Notes: a model not told the origin generated them from the letters alone. Counted from the whole stretch's first letter, positions 1 to 13,300 are shown. The stretch is 63,261 nt of DNA, filler included, from Globobulimina sp. (GCA_003354225.1; 34 parts of 34 records of this genome joined end to end with filler, not necessarily neighbours in it), one strand, 5' to 3'. Made by a program: numbers and translations.

Positions 1-125
1 TATTCGACTGCCATGTTTCCAACATGGATTGACAAAGTTTTTTTTTTAGACACAAATGGAAAATTTTATTTGTTTTTCTTAAATAACAAAACTAATATAT
101 ATTTAAAAAAAAAAGTTAATTGTAA

Positions 126-1755
126 TCATTGCCATAATCTTAAAGTACAATCATTCGAAGCTGATATTAACATTTGATTATTTTGTGAGAATATAACACA
201 ATTTGCAGTATCTTGATGTCCAGCTAATGATTGTAAGTGATTACCATTTTCTGTGTTATATATTTTAATTAATGCATCATCACAAGCCACAATGGCTTTT
301 TTTGCAGATTCGTCAAATATTACATGATTTGCAGGATGTACATATTTGCCAGTATTTATTTCTTTTTTTTCTTTAATCATTCGAATATCCCAAATCTTAA
401 CAATTCCATCGGCATCACACGAGATAATTTCATTGCATTTCTTATTAAAAGATACATTATTTACACTATTATGATGGCCATAAAATGTCTGTATACAAAG
501 TGCCGATCGAATATCCCAAAATGAAATTGTTTTATCACCACTGCCTGACACAATATTATTTGAATACGGTTGAAAATCAATGCAATTTACAGAATCAACA
601 TGTCCTCGATAGGTTTGCTTACATTTTAACTGTTCAACATCCCATAATTTTGCTGTGTGATCCATAGAACATGATATCAGAAAATTGGATGATTCGAAAT
701 GATATTTGACATTCCAAACAACTGAGGTATGGTCGTCAAATGTTGCAACACATCGCGATTGCGCAAAATCCCATATTTTGATGGTGCAATCGCCTAAAAT
801 TAAAATACAAAATATTTGTATACAAAAAAGAAAGAAATGTATAATATTTACCAGAGGATGTAACTAAATGGGAACCGCTCGGATCAAACGACAACGATGA
901 CACCCAATCCTTGTGTCCCTCGCCGCTCATAATCAGTTCGCCAGAGGGCAAATTCCAAAGTTTCCACGTCATGTCATCAGAGGCGGTGGCTACAATATCT
1001 TTAGTTGGATGTAACGATATTTTCGAGATTGGATGTTTATGCGCATTAAAAGTTTTATGCAAATTAAATTGTTCTACATTTATTATTTCAATGTCTTCGT
1101 CTTTTAATGATAAATATGGATTGGAATTGTTTGTAAATGTTGGAAAGGACGAAATTGCATTATTTTTATTGTTTTTTTTATTATTACTTTTATTATTTGT
1201 TTTTTTTATGGTGGCTGTTTTGTGAGTATTTACTTCTTTTTTTTGTTGGGTTTGAATGAAATTAATTTGTTCTTCCATCGCATCTAATTTTACAGCAATT
1301 TTGTCTCTGTCAATTCGGAATAACATCTTTTCTTTTTTCGCATTTTCATATTTCGTTTTTAAAGCAGTTATTGTTGGTTCATACGAATCGCAATATTTCT
1401 TTAATCGTTTTAATTGTTTAATTAATGCATTCTTTTCTTGTAGGACTCTTCGATGATGCATGCGATGGAAATCTCGCTCTTTGCGTAAATTATCCCATGT
1501 ATTCTTCACTTTTTCTGTGAGGGATTCCATTCGATCTAAATTTGTTTGTAAATATTTCACTTTGGATTCTAACTCTTGTTTTTGGATATAAATATCGGGG
1601 ATCTTACAAATTTCCGTTATCTCGTCATTTTTCTGTAATTTATTATAAAATTCACGTTGGAAAACATCCAATGATTCGTGCATTTCATTTGAAATCAAAA
1701 AATTACGAATAAAATCTTCAATTACTGTCGGTTTACATGTGACTGAGACGGAATT
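126..1755 (-). CDS. SPAG16: Sperm-associated antigen 16 / PF20 central-pair WD40 protein, 5'-partial, intron 794-851
   Basis: VIEDFIRNFL and WDNLRKERDFHRMHHRRVLQEK coiled-coil motifs followed by WD40 repeats; a GT-AG intron joins the ORFs in frame (SSG|DCTIKIWD). Confidence 0.88.
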
Positions 1756-1765
1756 CTAATTTTCA

Positions 1766-1865
1766 NNNNNNNNNNNNNNNNNNNNNNNNNNNNNNNNNNN
1801 NNNNNNNNNTTAATTAATTAANNNNNNNNNNNNNNNNNNNNNNNNNNNNNNNNNNNNNNNNNNNN
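1766..1865. other. Artificial contig linker N44-TTAATTAATTAA-N44 (first of 33, recurring every ~1862-1865 bp up to 61401-61500)
   Basis: Identical 100-bp spacer with stop codons in all frames; flanking contigs are unrelated and shrink from 1765 to 1761 bp. Confidence 0.99.
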
Positions 1866-1935
1866 CACTAAACAAATTAATTTGAAGTCGCATATAAAAT
1901 AAACATATTATGACACAATGGCTATATTTAATTTA

Positions 1936-3598
1936 TCACAATGCTATATACATAGACAATATTTCAGTGACTGATTTAGGTATTTTACTTATTTTCTTAT
2001 CAATGAATGGTACAATATATTTACGTATATATCCATCTATAACAATGTCCAATTTATATTTTCGATCATTATTATTGTCAACATTATTAATATCATATTT
2101 CTTTATTTCATCCAATATCAACAATCTCATGTCTTTTTTTTCCAATTCCACTGCCAAATTATTTATTTTTTTATTTCCCATACATTCCAATTTCTTATCT
2201 CTGACACAATCAAAATATTTATGTTGTAATGCTTGATTAATATCCAATCTTTTATCCACATCAAAAATCAATAAATTTGAAAGTAAATCTAATGTCACCT
2301 CATCACATCCTGGCAACAATTCAAATAATCCATTCTCTCCTTTCTCATTCACTGCGAATGAATCATCCAAATATTTTTCTATTTTTTCATCTTTTACAGT
2401 TCCAATCACATCAAATATAATCTGTATTTGTTTTATTTTATCTCTAACAACATAATCACTGTCATTTCCTCCATAAAATACAGGTTTTCTGTCTCTAACA
2501 TCCGACACGTTTTCCTTTAACATTTGTAAAAATTCTCCAAAAATACATCCAATGCTCCACACATCAATGGCAGTCATAATCACATTGTCAATATCGGACA
2601 ATTGCAATAAGATAACCTGTGGATCACTGTATAATGTTATATTATTATCGCATATCTCCGCTGCTGATCTAAGAGTATATTACTTATTTTATGTGCAAGT
2701 TTATAAAGATTTAAATATATCTTCAATAATTAACTTTATTTCTTGATTATCAGTATGGAAATTATGCGCATTCGTAAAATCAGTGATTTTAATGCAACAA
2801 TTTTCATTTATTAATATTGCAAATGATGTTAAATTCAGATGTGCGATATGTACACAATGCAAATATTTCACGCCCAATAAAATCTGATAGAACATATATT
2901 GAATATGTAGCGGTGTGAAAAACTGATTGGTTTTAAATATTGTTGCTGTACAATTATATTATTCGGATTTTGACGGATTTTGTAAAAACATATATTTTTA
3001 TATACCTAAATTGGATGGAACGAATTCTAAAATGACAGTTAAATCGGTGAACTTATGTGGTGTTTTTGGTGCAATGATGTCATATAATTTGATGATATTA
3101 TTATGGTTCAACGAGTGTAAAATACGCAGTTCTTTTAATATACGTTTTGTATTTGATGTTGTATTAAATATAGCTTTCAATTTTTTGATTGTTATTTTCG
3201 TTCCAAATGCTAATTTATCCGTTTTTTTGATGGTATTACCGATATACTTAATGCTGAATAGATCACTGTCTGTCTACAATGTAGTGGCGGTATATAATAA
3301 TGATTAGTGGTTTAGGTTATAGGTACATGCTGGTACATACTTGATGTATTAATTCGTAACCAGATAATAATAATTGTTGTGGTGTGTTATCTTCTTCAAT
3401 GTCGTATTGAGTGTATGGCGGTGGAGTGCCGTAAGTATGAGAGTTATTTACAATATTATGTGTTTTGTTGATGATTCTGTTGACAATCTCAGATTTATTA
3501 CCTGATGCTGATATTTGTAATGTTTTACATCGTTTTTTTAATTGTTTTAAACTTAATTTTATCATTTCTTGTCTCTGTGTACTGTTTGGAAGGGACAT
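1936..3598 (-). CDS. SAP-domain plus MAPK-like (pseudo)kinase, multi-exon
   Basis: SAP-like LKQLKKRCKTLQISASGNKSEIVNRI; MAPK motifs KRILKELRIL, YQILLGVKYLH, IDVWSIGCIFGE, QALQHKYF; HRD replaced by HLN and DFG by DFT. Confidence 0.75.
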
Positions 3599-3730
3599 GA
3601 TTCAAAAAGAATATTTTTTCAGAGTGGCAANNNNNNNNNNNNNNNNNNNNNNNNNNNNNNNNNNNNNNNNNNNNTTAATTAATTAANNNNNNNNNNNNNN
3701 NNNNNNNNNNNNNNNNNNNNNNNNNNNNNN

Positions 3731-4822
3731 CAATTTGTGACGAAAATAATTCCTCAATTTGCGCATTCATTACTGGCGCTTGCAAAGCATTTAACGAACA
3801 CTATCCATTCAAAATATCGCCAAATAACATATTCTTATTAATATTACAAGCCATTGCGATTCACGTTGACCAAAATGCAGAGAAGTTACGAAATAAATAT
3901 GTCACGCACGATGGCCAAAAAACATTAGCTATTTCTAGAGACGATTTCGTATTAATGCAGCAAAAAAGAGACAATGATTGGAATGGGGTCATACAGGAAT
4001 TTGTGCAAAAAATTAACCAGAATACGCAACCTGATACTGTTCAATTAATGGAAGCTGATTTTTCTGACAGTACTTTGGTTGATGTTATATCCAACAAAAT
4101 TTGCATTATGGATATTTGTAAAAATTATTTCCGTTATGCTATGATGATGGGAGGCTGTGGGTTTCCAAAGATTACACTTTCAGGTTAATTAATTATATGT
4201 ATATATTTATGATTTGTATTATAATTATAATTGGACCGTAGGAACAAAGGCAGATTGGGTCAAATTGAAAGAGAAAGCGGTTAAGTTGTTAGCAAGCAAA
4301 GTGACGAAAAGATTTGGTGAGATTTGGAGCAATGCATTGATACCAATATTAGATGCATTTATTCGTGCTTATGATGGGTACATTGACTGTTTGTTTTGGA
4401 ATAGTATGATTAAATTAGGTGTCACTGTGCAAGAGTTGCAAGATAGCGATGGCAGCAAATATGCGCAGAAGAATTACCGATATACGGGATGGTTTAATGT
4501 GTTTTTTCCATTTATAATGAAGGATAGTTATGAACCTAATCCTTTTTGTAGACCATATTCAATGGGAGAGAATTATGCTAAGTTTGGAATAAAAGATGCA
4601 GGAAAAGGCGGTAACAATGTGTCTCTTTATCCACTTGGATTGGCGTCAGCTTCTGTTGAGATGTGGTGTGAAGATGGAGTGAGTAAAAAGGAGAGTGTGA
4701 AAATGAAATTTGTTTCTGGAATCATCGGATACACTCAATGTCCAAAAACCTTTGAGATTGAGGTTGTTACGGGATGGATAATTGGATATCAGCGACCAAA
4801 CATGCATCGTATGATGTGTTAA
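3731..4822 (+). CDS. DUF4419-family protein, 5'-partial, intron 4184-4241
   Basis: AFNEHYP...HVDQNAEKLRNKYVTHDGQKTL, CGFPKITLSG|TKADW and TGWFNVFFP motifs. Confidence 0.8.
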
Positions 4823-5192
4823 ACTATTTTTTTATATTTATTTTACATAATTTATATTTGTTGTGTGAACGTATTTTATTTTAATATAAGTTTAAATTCC
4901 GTTCATAGCTTCTCGCGATTCTGCAATATTCATTTTTAGCACTTTTCATTGTTTTTAAGTTTTGATCCGTAATGTTATAATTCGAAGCGATATGAATAAA
5001 TAGATAACGCACACACACGTTCAAGACGAATATTTGTTAACACGCACCAACTAATTAGAACACACACATTGTTCAAAATAAATACAAAACAAGTAGATGT
5101 TTGCAAGTGGAAAAAAAATATCGTCAGAATTTCCCAATTTGCCTATTCTATGAACCAGATTGAAAAACAGAATCAGAATAATTATATATAAG

Positions 5193-5495
5193 TTAAGAAT
5201 CCACAGAAAGTCTTTTGTCGAACAATGCTTGATAATACGGTTGATTTTTGTCAATAAAATCATAAATGTAATCAGGATACGTAATATCTTCATACTTATC
5301 CTCTGTCAAATTTCCTTTATAAAATGCTGTGGAATTATCTAACTCCTTTATCCATGCATTTGGAACAAAATGCCACGGTTTCTCTCCACTTTTATCCTCA
5401 TTCGACCAATCAATCATTGATTTATTAAATGATAAACCAACTAAATTGCAATATTTTTTCAATATATTTTCTGGATCGTTTACCAAATCGTCAGC
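5193..5495 (-). CDS. Sulfotransferase-like (BCAT-like N-terminal family) protein, C-terminal fragment
   Basis: ADDLVNDPENILKKYCNLVGLSFNKSMIDW...W...L.NSTAF pattern. Confidence 0.65.
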   Translation of the reverse strand, partial: ADDLVNDPENILKKYCNLVGLSFNKSMIDWSNEDKSGEKPWHFVPNAWIKELDNSTAFYKGNLTEDKYEDITYPDYIYDFIDKNQPYYQALFDKRLSVDS

Positions 5496-5595
5496 NNNNN
5501 NNNNNNNNNNNNNNNNNNNNNNNNNNNNNNNNNNNNNNNTTAATTAATTAANNNNNNNNNNNNNNNNNNNNNNNNNNNNNNNNNNNNNNNNNNNN

Positions 5596-6614
5596 AAATG
5601 TTACAACAAAATGTTGAACCAAATTTAATTACTTATAATGCACTGATTACAGTTTATTCGAGAACTAAGCAGTTGGATAAAGTTGAAAATATTTGGAATG
5701 AGATATTAAAGACTCAAAAACACAAAGTTGAGACCATTGGAATGGATGCAATTTGCGGAAATGTTATGAATTGTTATGCTTTGTTACAAGACACAAATAA
5801 AATGATGGAAATAAAAGAATTTATGAAAAAGAATAATATCCCACTAACGTATATTCATTACAGTATAATTATAAAATGTTTCCAGTTAAATAATGATCCT
5901 CAGAAAATTATAGAAATTTTCAACAATGAAATATTTAATAACACAGCAATTAAAATGGAGCATATGTTAATCAGTCAGTTGTCGTGTGCTTTATTACAAT
6001 TAATGAGAGTAGAAATAGAAAAAAATAATAAACGATTAGTCTGTAAATATTGCAAATTGATTACAAAAACAATACCCACCAAATATGCAGCTCAATGGAC
6101 CGGTTTCCATTTTCATAATTATCGCATTGGATGCATTCAGTTTGATGCGTTGTTATTGAGATATTCGTTAAGCAATAAACAGCATAGACTGGCACGCAAA
6201 TTTCGGAAATTCATAAAAAATGATAAGTTGCACGGATATTGGACCCAAAACGTTTTTGGAATGAAAAACAGAAATCAATGGGTCATTGATTTGCATTCGC
6301 ATTCTGTTGATACAGCAAAATTTATATTAAAATATGTGTTCGAATATGCTAAAAATGACAAGAATTATATTCGAAAATGTTTGGAAAACAATCAAGAAAT
6401 TACAGTTTTATGTGGTAAAGGCACACACAGTGATAATAATATACATGTTTTGAACAATGCCATTCAATCGGAATTGTTGTCGTGGGATCCCCAAATTAAA
6501 GCAATTGTGCATCCGAGTAATATAGCTTGTTTGCTTATAGATTCCCAAGATCTGAAGCTTTACTTTGATCATCAAACGTATTTTGTTGACAGTGTTTCTC
6601 AGATGGCAACATGA
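5596..6614 (+). CDS. Pentatricopeptide-repeat protein with C-terminal Smr domain, 5'-partial
   Basis: PPR consensus VEPNLITYNALITVYSR; Smr motifs IDLHSHSVDTA and TVLCGKGTHS. Confidence 0.85.
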
Positions 6615-6953
6615 CAAACAAACGCACGTGCTTTGCATTGATTTTAAACGTCATCTCGATCCTCCACATTTGATTGTAATGTAGAAGGATAGTGAATTCA
6701 CGATATTCGCGATCGGAAGTATCCAACTAACCTTACTCAAACTAAGTTTTTTTATCTTTAATAGATTTTAATCAACTGAAGAATTAATTTTTCTATTGCA
6801 TATTAAGTGGCATGCACTGACATGCAGAGATATATTGCAGCTGGTCATAATTAATGCAGCTACTAATTGTTTCGCAATGTCGCAATAATTATGGTTGATT
6901 CTCCGAAATCACCATCACAAACACAATAATATTTCTATACTTGTGAATAAGAA

Positions 6954-7360
6954 ATGGACACAACCCATATCAGAAATGTGATTTGGTGTTGTAAAAGGGG
7001 AAAAGACATCATTCCATACCCAGCCAATCTTAGTAAAAACATTGAAATGTGTTATGAAAATAAAGAGAATAGAATAAAAATCAAGCAATTTGAAATAAAT
7101 GAAGATAATATAATTGTATTTGATAAGAATGGTTATTATGAACGAAATCTTACAACAAACGAATGTCGAACAGTATTTCGCGTTGTTTTATGGGCATTTT
7201 GTGAAAGAAACAAAAATGATTTCGGCTTCGAAGGATGGAAACTGTTCTCACTTAAACAATGTGTACAAATCGAAGATTCTTTTTATTCAAAGGCGTTAAA
7301 ACAATATTCATTAAAAGAAGTTGTAAAAAATAATTGTAACTCTTTACCTAACACACCATC
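6954..7360 (+). CDS. Tandem WWE-like domain protein, 3'-partial
   Basis: W...PYP.NLSKNIEMCY and W..GWKLFS..QCVQIEDSF resemble two WWE starts. Confidence 0.5.
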
Positions 7361-7541
7361 NNNNNNNNNNNNNNNNNNNNNNNNNNNNNNNNNNNNNNNN
7401 NNNNTTAATTAATTAANNNNNNNNNNNNNNNNNNNNNNNNNNNNNNNNNNNNNNNNNNNNGTACAGCTAAGATGAAATAAAAACAGATCTGTTAATAATC
7501 CATATTGCTCTGTTTTTATTTCATATGTCGGTTAATTTAAA

Positions 7542-8129
7542 GGAGGCGAAGGTGGAGGCCACACAAGTGACATAGCAACGACTTGTTTGTTACCAAAATG
7601 TGTGGATATGGTGAAAGGTTACAAATCGCCGCTAACCGGAGGACCAATATACTGCGTAGGCGCAGGAGGAATATTCGACGGTCGCGGACTGGCAATGGCA
7701 TTGAATTATGGTGCCGAAGCTGTGTGGGTAGGGACACGATTTGTGTGTTCAGTGGAAAGTGGTGCATCGGATGCACATAAATCCGCAATTGTCAATGCAT
7801 CGCATCACGATACAAATAGGACAGAAACATACACGGGAAGACCATTACGAGTAATCTCCACTGAATATGACCGCAATTGGGAACGAAATCGCAAAGATGA
7901 AATGCGGAAAACATTGGAAAATGGAGTTATACCGTTTTTCAAAGATTTGGAATCTGGAAAATTAAAGGATCCGCAAAATATATACAATACTAATTTATCT
8001 GGACAAGTTTGTGGCAATATACATGATATTAAAACGGCAAAGAAAATTATTCAAGATATGATGGCTGAGTGTTGTGCTGTTTTGCGATACAATACATCAC
8101 GGATTCAATCAATACCATCAAAATTATAA
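7542..8129 (+). CDS. Nitronate monooxygenase / 2-nitropropane dioxygenase family, last exon, with a PTS1-like SKL end
   Basis: GGEGGGHT, GAGGIFDGRGLAMALNYGAEAVWVGTRF, TYTGRPLR; C-terminus is SKL. Confidence 0.9.
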   Translation, partial: GGEGGGHTSDIATTCLLPKCVDMVKGYKSPLTGGPIYCVGAGGIFDGRGLAMALNYGAEAVWVGTRFVCSVESGASDAHKSAIVNASHHDTNRTETYTGRPLRVISTEYDRNWERNRKDEMRKTLENGVIPFFKDLESGKLKDPQNIYNTNLSGQVCGNIHDIKTAKKIIQDMMAECCAVLRYNTSRIQSIPSKL

Positions 8130-8270
8130 CAACATAAATAGTGTCGTGTGCATTGTGCAATGTTCCATTTGATTTGCTTGGCCCTCAACTTCCACCGCAG
8201 AGAACTAAGTATAATATTATGCATTTTCATTTTATTCCAAAACTCAAAAAGCAGCAAAACTCGTTGAACA

Positions 8271-9225
8271 ATGCCAGAAAAGCACAAGAAAAAGAAGAAG
8301 AAACCGAAAAAGAAGAAGGCGAAACAGAAAAACAAGAACTTTGTGACCGGAGCAGGTCTAACATGGGAATCAACGGAAGAGACAAAAGTAGAAAAAAAGA
8401 TATCGTCTCAACAAATGTATTTATCGATCGGTGTCATATTCATTCTCTTCCTCTTCATATTGTGGGCTTTTGTCGATGACCGACCAGAATGGCAACGTCA
8501 CGCCGACCAAAAAGAAGCAGAACAGCGTCGGAATGAGACCATCCAACAACAAAAAGAAAGAGCAGCGCGTAACGCGGCATTGTCTTCCTATAATTTCGCG
8601 GATTTATTAAATTCAACCTCGCTCTCCTTATCCTTACAGAATATGCAAAGCGGCGATGATGACCGATTAATGATTGTTGCTTTTGATGATTCAGTTTAGT
8701 GCATCCACACAAATATAAATAACTAAATAAATAAATAAATCATATCCTTTCGCTGCAAAGACTGGCGAAGAGTCAGTGGGCAATGTCTACAAAGTGCGCT
8801 TATTTAAGAAAATGGACGGAATCGCAAAACGAATCCCAAAACACAAACTATTTAAACGTTATTCGACTGAGGACATTCCTCGCTTTGTGTTATTTGATTG
8901 TGGCTCGTCGGAGGACGGTGCCGCGGAGAATGTTTGTAAGCAAATTGTTGGCGACAATATTCCCAACACATTGATATTTCGACCTTCGTCACAGCCACGG
9001 ACCTTACCTCCGGATATGAAATCTGATCGCGACATAATTACGTATTTATACAATTTGATGCAACCGGCGGTGAAGTACTTGGATGAGTTGATTGCTGCGG
9101 AAGACTTTGTGGCCGATGACAGCCAGTTACACTGTCTCTTATTTACGAAAAACACGCATGTCGACGCTATAAAAGTTATATTACGTTTCTATTGTACGTA
9201 TTTTACATGTTTTTGTGGGTTAATT
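8271..9225 (+). CDS. Membrane-anchored thioredoxin-fold/PDI-like protein, spliced, 3'-partial
   Basis: Basic N-terminus, one TM helix, then a thioredoxin-like segment without CxxC (PNTLIFRP...DIITYLYNLMQPAV); intron ~8695-8760. Confidence 0.45.
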
Positions 9226-9325
9226 NNNNNNNNNNNNNNNNNNNNNNNNNNNNNNNNNNNNNNNNNNNNTTAATTAATTAANNNNNNNNNNNNNNNNNNN
9301 NNNNNNNNNNNNNNNNNNNNNNNNN

Positions 9326-11090
9326 TTTCAGTAAAATTATGAGCCAATGTACAACATTCAATACCATTTACTATCAAAATATGTTGTGAGGACAACACAA
9401 AATTATAAACATATTCGCACTCTTCTTCTGTTGTTGTATTATCATTAATATCAATTGGAAATTTCCATTTATTCATAATTTTTATTGGATGATATGGTGT
9501 AATTTTTAATTTATTATAATTATATAAAGTCGTCAATAAAATCTTATTATTTTTACATTTATATTTTATTACACATTTAATAATTGCACCATTTGCAAGC
9601 ATGTCACCAACCACTAAATCTTTAACAAATGCTAATGAATTATCATACATTTGAACGTTGCAATAAGGGTCAAAACATCCGCCCGACGCATTCATATACG
9701 AAGACATTGCGACATTTGGTGCCCGCGCCGCCATATTACCACCATCGCCACTAAAATCTTTCAACCAATCCGGTGGTTTATACGATGGTTTTGGTGCTGG
9801 CATTTTAATAAAAATATCATTTGCGACATCTCGCAATTTATTGAATAACCCACCACCGTAATGCTGTACGCCTGGATCTTTAAAATTATTACAAAAACAA
9901 TGTAAATGCGCAAATATTAGCGATGGTAAATAATGTTTACCCCATTTGTTGTAATTTTCTTTTGATGATATTGCCTCAAAACATTCACCACGTAAATCGC
10001 TTAATAAATCCTTAAGGGAATTTATAATATAAATATTCAGAAACAGCAACGAAAATATGTGTTTTTATAATTTTCAGCTGTTTCTAAATTATGATATAAG
10101 TACTTACCTTAACAAATTCTTCACCGTTTATTAATTTATGGCCTTCGATTTCTTGTATTAAATCTTTTAATTTATTTTGCGATTCTTTCATTTCGTCCAA
10201 TTCCATATTTTTCATACATTCTTTTAATTTTCCGCATGATAATAATCGACAATAACTCATCTTTGTTAATTTTTCCGCTGCCAATTTGTTATTTGTTGTA
10301 TTCTCCCAATCAATGATTCTCGTAATCATATATTTCTTATCTCGTAATGATATATAATTTAATGATGATTTATCAGCATTGATATGACACAATTCATCAT
10401 TTTTACCTTCCTTTTCTTCATTAATATTTTTATCTTTTAACGTAAATCTAATCACAATATCTTTATTCTGGCCATACATAATATTTCCTAAATTAATATC
10501 AATTTCATTTTCCCTCAATAGACAGTCATAGCCACCAACAATTTCACCATTATAATTTTTATGTACACTCACTTTTAATACCGCATTCTTTGCAACATTA
10601 CAACAAAAATTACTGATTGAATTTACAAATATTGTGCCTACCATGGTCGAGTCTGGAATGAATGAATAATTCCCATGGCCAGCAACTGCTAATTGCGTTA
10701 ATAAATTGGTATCCAATGAGTAACCAAATCCATACGTATTAATTGTATTTAACTGTGCATGTTTATATTGTTTAATATACTCATTTAACATAGCAATATG
10801 TCCTTTGGGTGGGATAATATTTGGCAAACCATCGGTAAACAACATAATTGAGGAATTGTTATGAAATGTATCTTGTTTGCATTGTTTAAACTGTTCTAAT
10901 CCATGAAATAATCCATCCCATAAATTGGTTTGTCCCTCGGCTTGCAACTCTTGTAATGCATTTAATGTTTTTTTCTTGTGTTTTTTATTCATTTTAATTA
11001 AATTGGTAATAATTTTAGCTTTATTGCTGTATGCAATTATGGATAAATAATCTTTTGAATTTAAACATTGAATAATTGTTTTAATTGAAT
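9326..11090 (-). CDS. VWA-Vwaint-Hint (Vint) protein, partial at both ends, intron 10011-10107
   Basis: VWA motifs GQTNLWDGL, LFTDGLPN, TYGFGYSLD; Vwaint KWGKHYLPSL..AH..CNNFKDPGVQ; Hint GG|CFD, ITPYHPI, VYNFVL, NGIECCTLAH. Confidence 0.92.
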
Positions 11091-11190
11091 NNNNNNNNNN
11101 NNNNNNNNNNNNNNNNNNNNNNNNNNNNNNNNNNTTAATTAATTAANNNNNNNNNNNNNNNNNNNNNNNNNNNNNNNNNNNNNNNNNNNN

Positions 11191-11950
11191 TTGTTGCTGG
11201 TATATACATTATCGAGTCATCCTCGTTTGTTTCCAACAAAAAAAAGAGTGATGTCGTTCTCAGTGTAAATAATATAGCGACAGTCATTGACAGTGCTATT
11301 TTCCAATATACTTTTACCGGATGGGCATCAAATATAGAAACACAACAGAAAAGTAAAATAACTGTAACCGCATTCAGTATATTTGCTGCTGCTGCCAAAT
11401 ATAGTAAATTACCAAATTGTTTATAATTCAAAACATACTGATTAACAAAATTACTGACTACAAAATTAAGTAAAAAATATGTTTTAAATGCAAATTCAAA
11501 TGATTTGACAATTAATTTAAATGCTTGCTTGTTTGCACTTAATATCCATAACGAAAAATAAGGAATCCATAATATACAATTGATTGATATCATGTAAATG
11601 GGATAAACTACGCTACGAAACATTGTATACAATAAAATATAATATATTATGGCCGAAAAAATTATAGTATACTGGGTAATTCTATTATGTATCAAATCCT
11701 GTAATGTTTTATGAATATTTTCATCAAACCATGAATGTAAATACGTATTTGAACTTTTAAAATGAAAGTAATGCTGTATACTATTTTTATTGTCTCGTTC
11801 AAGTTTTTCTTGTGTTGATCTAAATTGGGTAATGTTATAATAATCAGTTAATACTTTATCAATACCACCAATAATTTGGATTATTTGCAATGTATTATGT
11901 CCATTGTTATGACCATTTGATAGTTTTTCTTCGTGCATTTGTTTCAACAC
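11191..11950 (-). CDS. Uncharacterised multi-pass membrane protein, 3'-partial
   Basis: Several hydrophobic helices; paralogous to 12536-12955. Confidence 0.65.
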
Positions 11951-12535
11951 TGTTTATGTACTGATTTGTCAACAATAGTATTTTATCAGAAGTATACACT
12001 TGTGAAGTTTTGGAAATGTTCAGAACTTCGTTTTTTTTTAATTGTTTGGAGATGTCCTACACAGATCTCAAACCAACGCTATAATCCAGTCCTCCTATCA
12101 TCCTACGAACTCATTCTACCAATTTTCGCGACAGCTGACAACAATGAAGCATTGGAATCAATCATGTATACAATGATACAATTAAAAACAAATGATGTAA
12201 AAACAGATAATAAAGTCATGACTGATGTCGTCACATAAAAGTGGGCCGGGTAAAAGTGTTTTTTGTTCCTATTTTACTCCACTAAGTGGGGTAAACGGGT
12301 CAAAAGGAGTGGAGTAATTCCACTTTTACTGCGTTTTTTTGGGTTTGGGTAAAATGTATATTGTATATTGTATATGTACTGTATATAAAGAAATAAAGTA
12401 AGAAATAGAAATAACGTACATCAAACTCAAAATAATTTGATATGCATAAAAATATAATATATTCATATAATATTATGACAACAACAAAAAAAGTCAACAC
12501 ATCACACATTTTTGACATTTGATTTTGACACATAC

Positions 12536-12955
12536 TCAAACTGAATCATTTGTTTCTTTATCATCTTCCATTGCATCTTTTGTCATTGTTAATTCTTTGT
12601 TATTCAATTCAATCGTATCATTGCTACGCTCTGTTTCTGTATCCCATTTGATATATGGATAATATTTAATTAAAACACTTGTATTGTTGGACGTTTTTGA
12701 TCTATAAAGTGTTACAATTGCTTGTTTCCATAAAAATATGGACAGTATTCGTAAGGCATTCATTTTAATCCTTGCTAATGAAACTTGAATATTTGTCAAT
12801 GGAATATATATCATAGAATCATCCGCCGTATAATTGTTATCAAATCCAAACAATAATACAAATGCTTTCCAAGTAAATGTCATCGCTAATAATGCGGAAA
12901 ACGTTATTTTCACATATTTATTACTATGACTGTGAGCATCAAATAATGAAATACC
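12536..12955 (-). CDS. Tandem paralogue of the membrane protein above, C-terminal part
   Basis: Shared motifs S(I/L)FDAH, KI..S...A..FT and DDS(I/M)(M/I)YIP.T. Confidence 0.65.
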   Translation of the reverse strand, partial: GISLFDAHSHSNKYVKITFSALLAMTFTWKAFVLLFGFDNNYTADDSMIYIPLTNIQVSLARIKMNALRILSIFLWKQAIVTLYRSKTSNNTSVLIKYYPYIKWDTETERSNDTIELNNKELTMTKDAMEDDKETNDSV

Positions 12956-13300
12956 NNNNNNNNNNNNNNNNNNNNNNNNNNNNNNNNNNNNNNNNNNNNT
13001 TAATTAATTAANNNNNNNNNNNNNNNNNNNNNNNNNNNNNNNNNNNNNNNNNNNNATGTACAGCACAATAATAATCATAAAAATATGAATAATCCAGAAA
13101 CACAGCTTATTTTTGACTCTGAATGATTTATTAAATTTTTAGAAAACGTATAACAAAATTGTAAAATAAGCAAGACTTGGCTTGTGTGTGTTATTTGAAT
13201 TGTGTGTTAATTATTAGTTATTTGAGAAGCAGATATTGAGAAATTATTTTACACTAAGCCTGGCACTGTCCTATTCTATCTAATGTACAAGGAAGCAATA

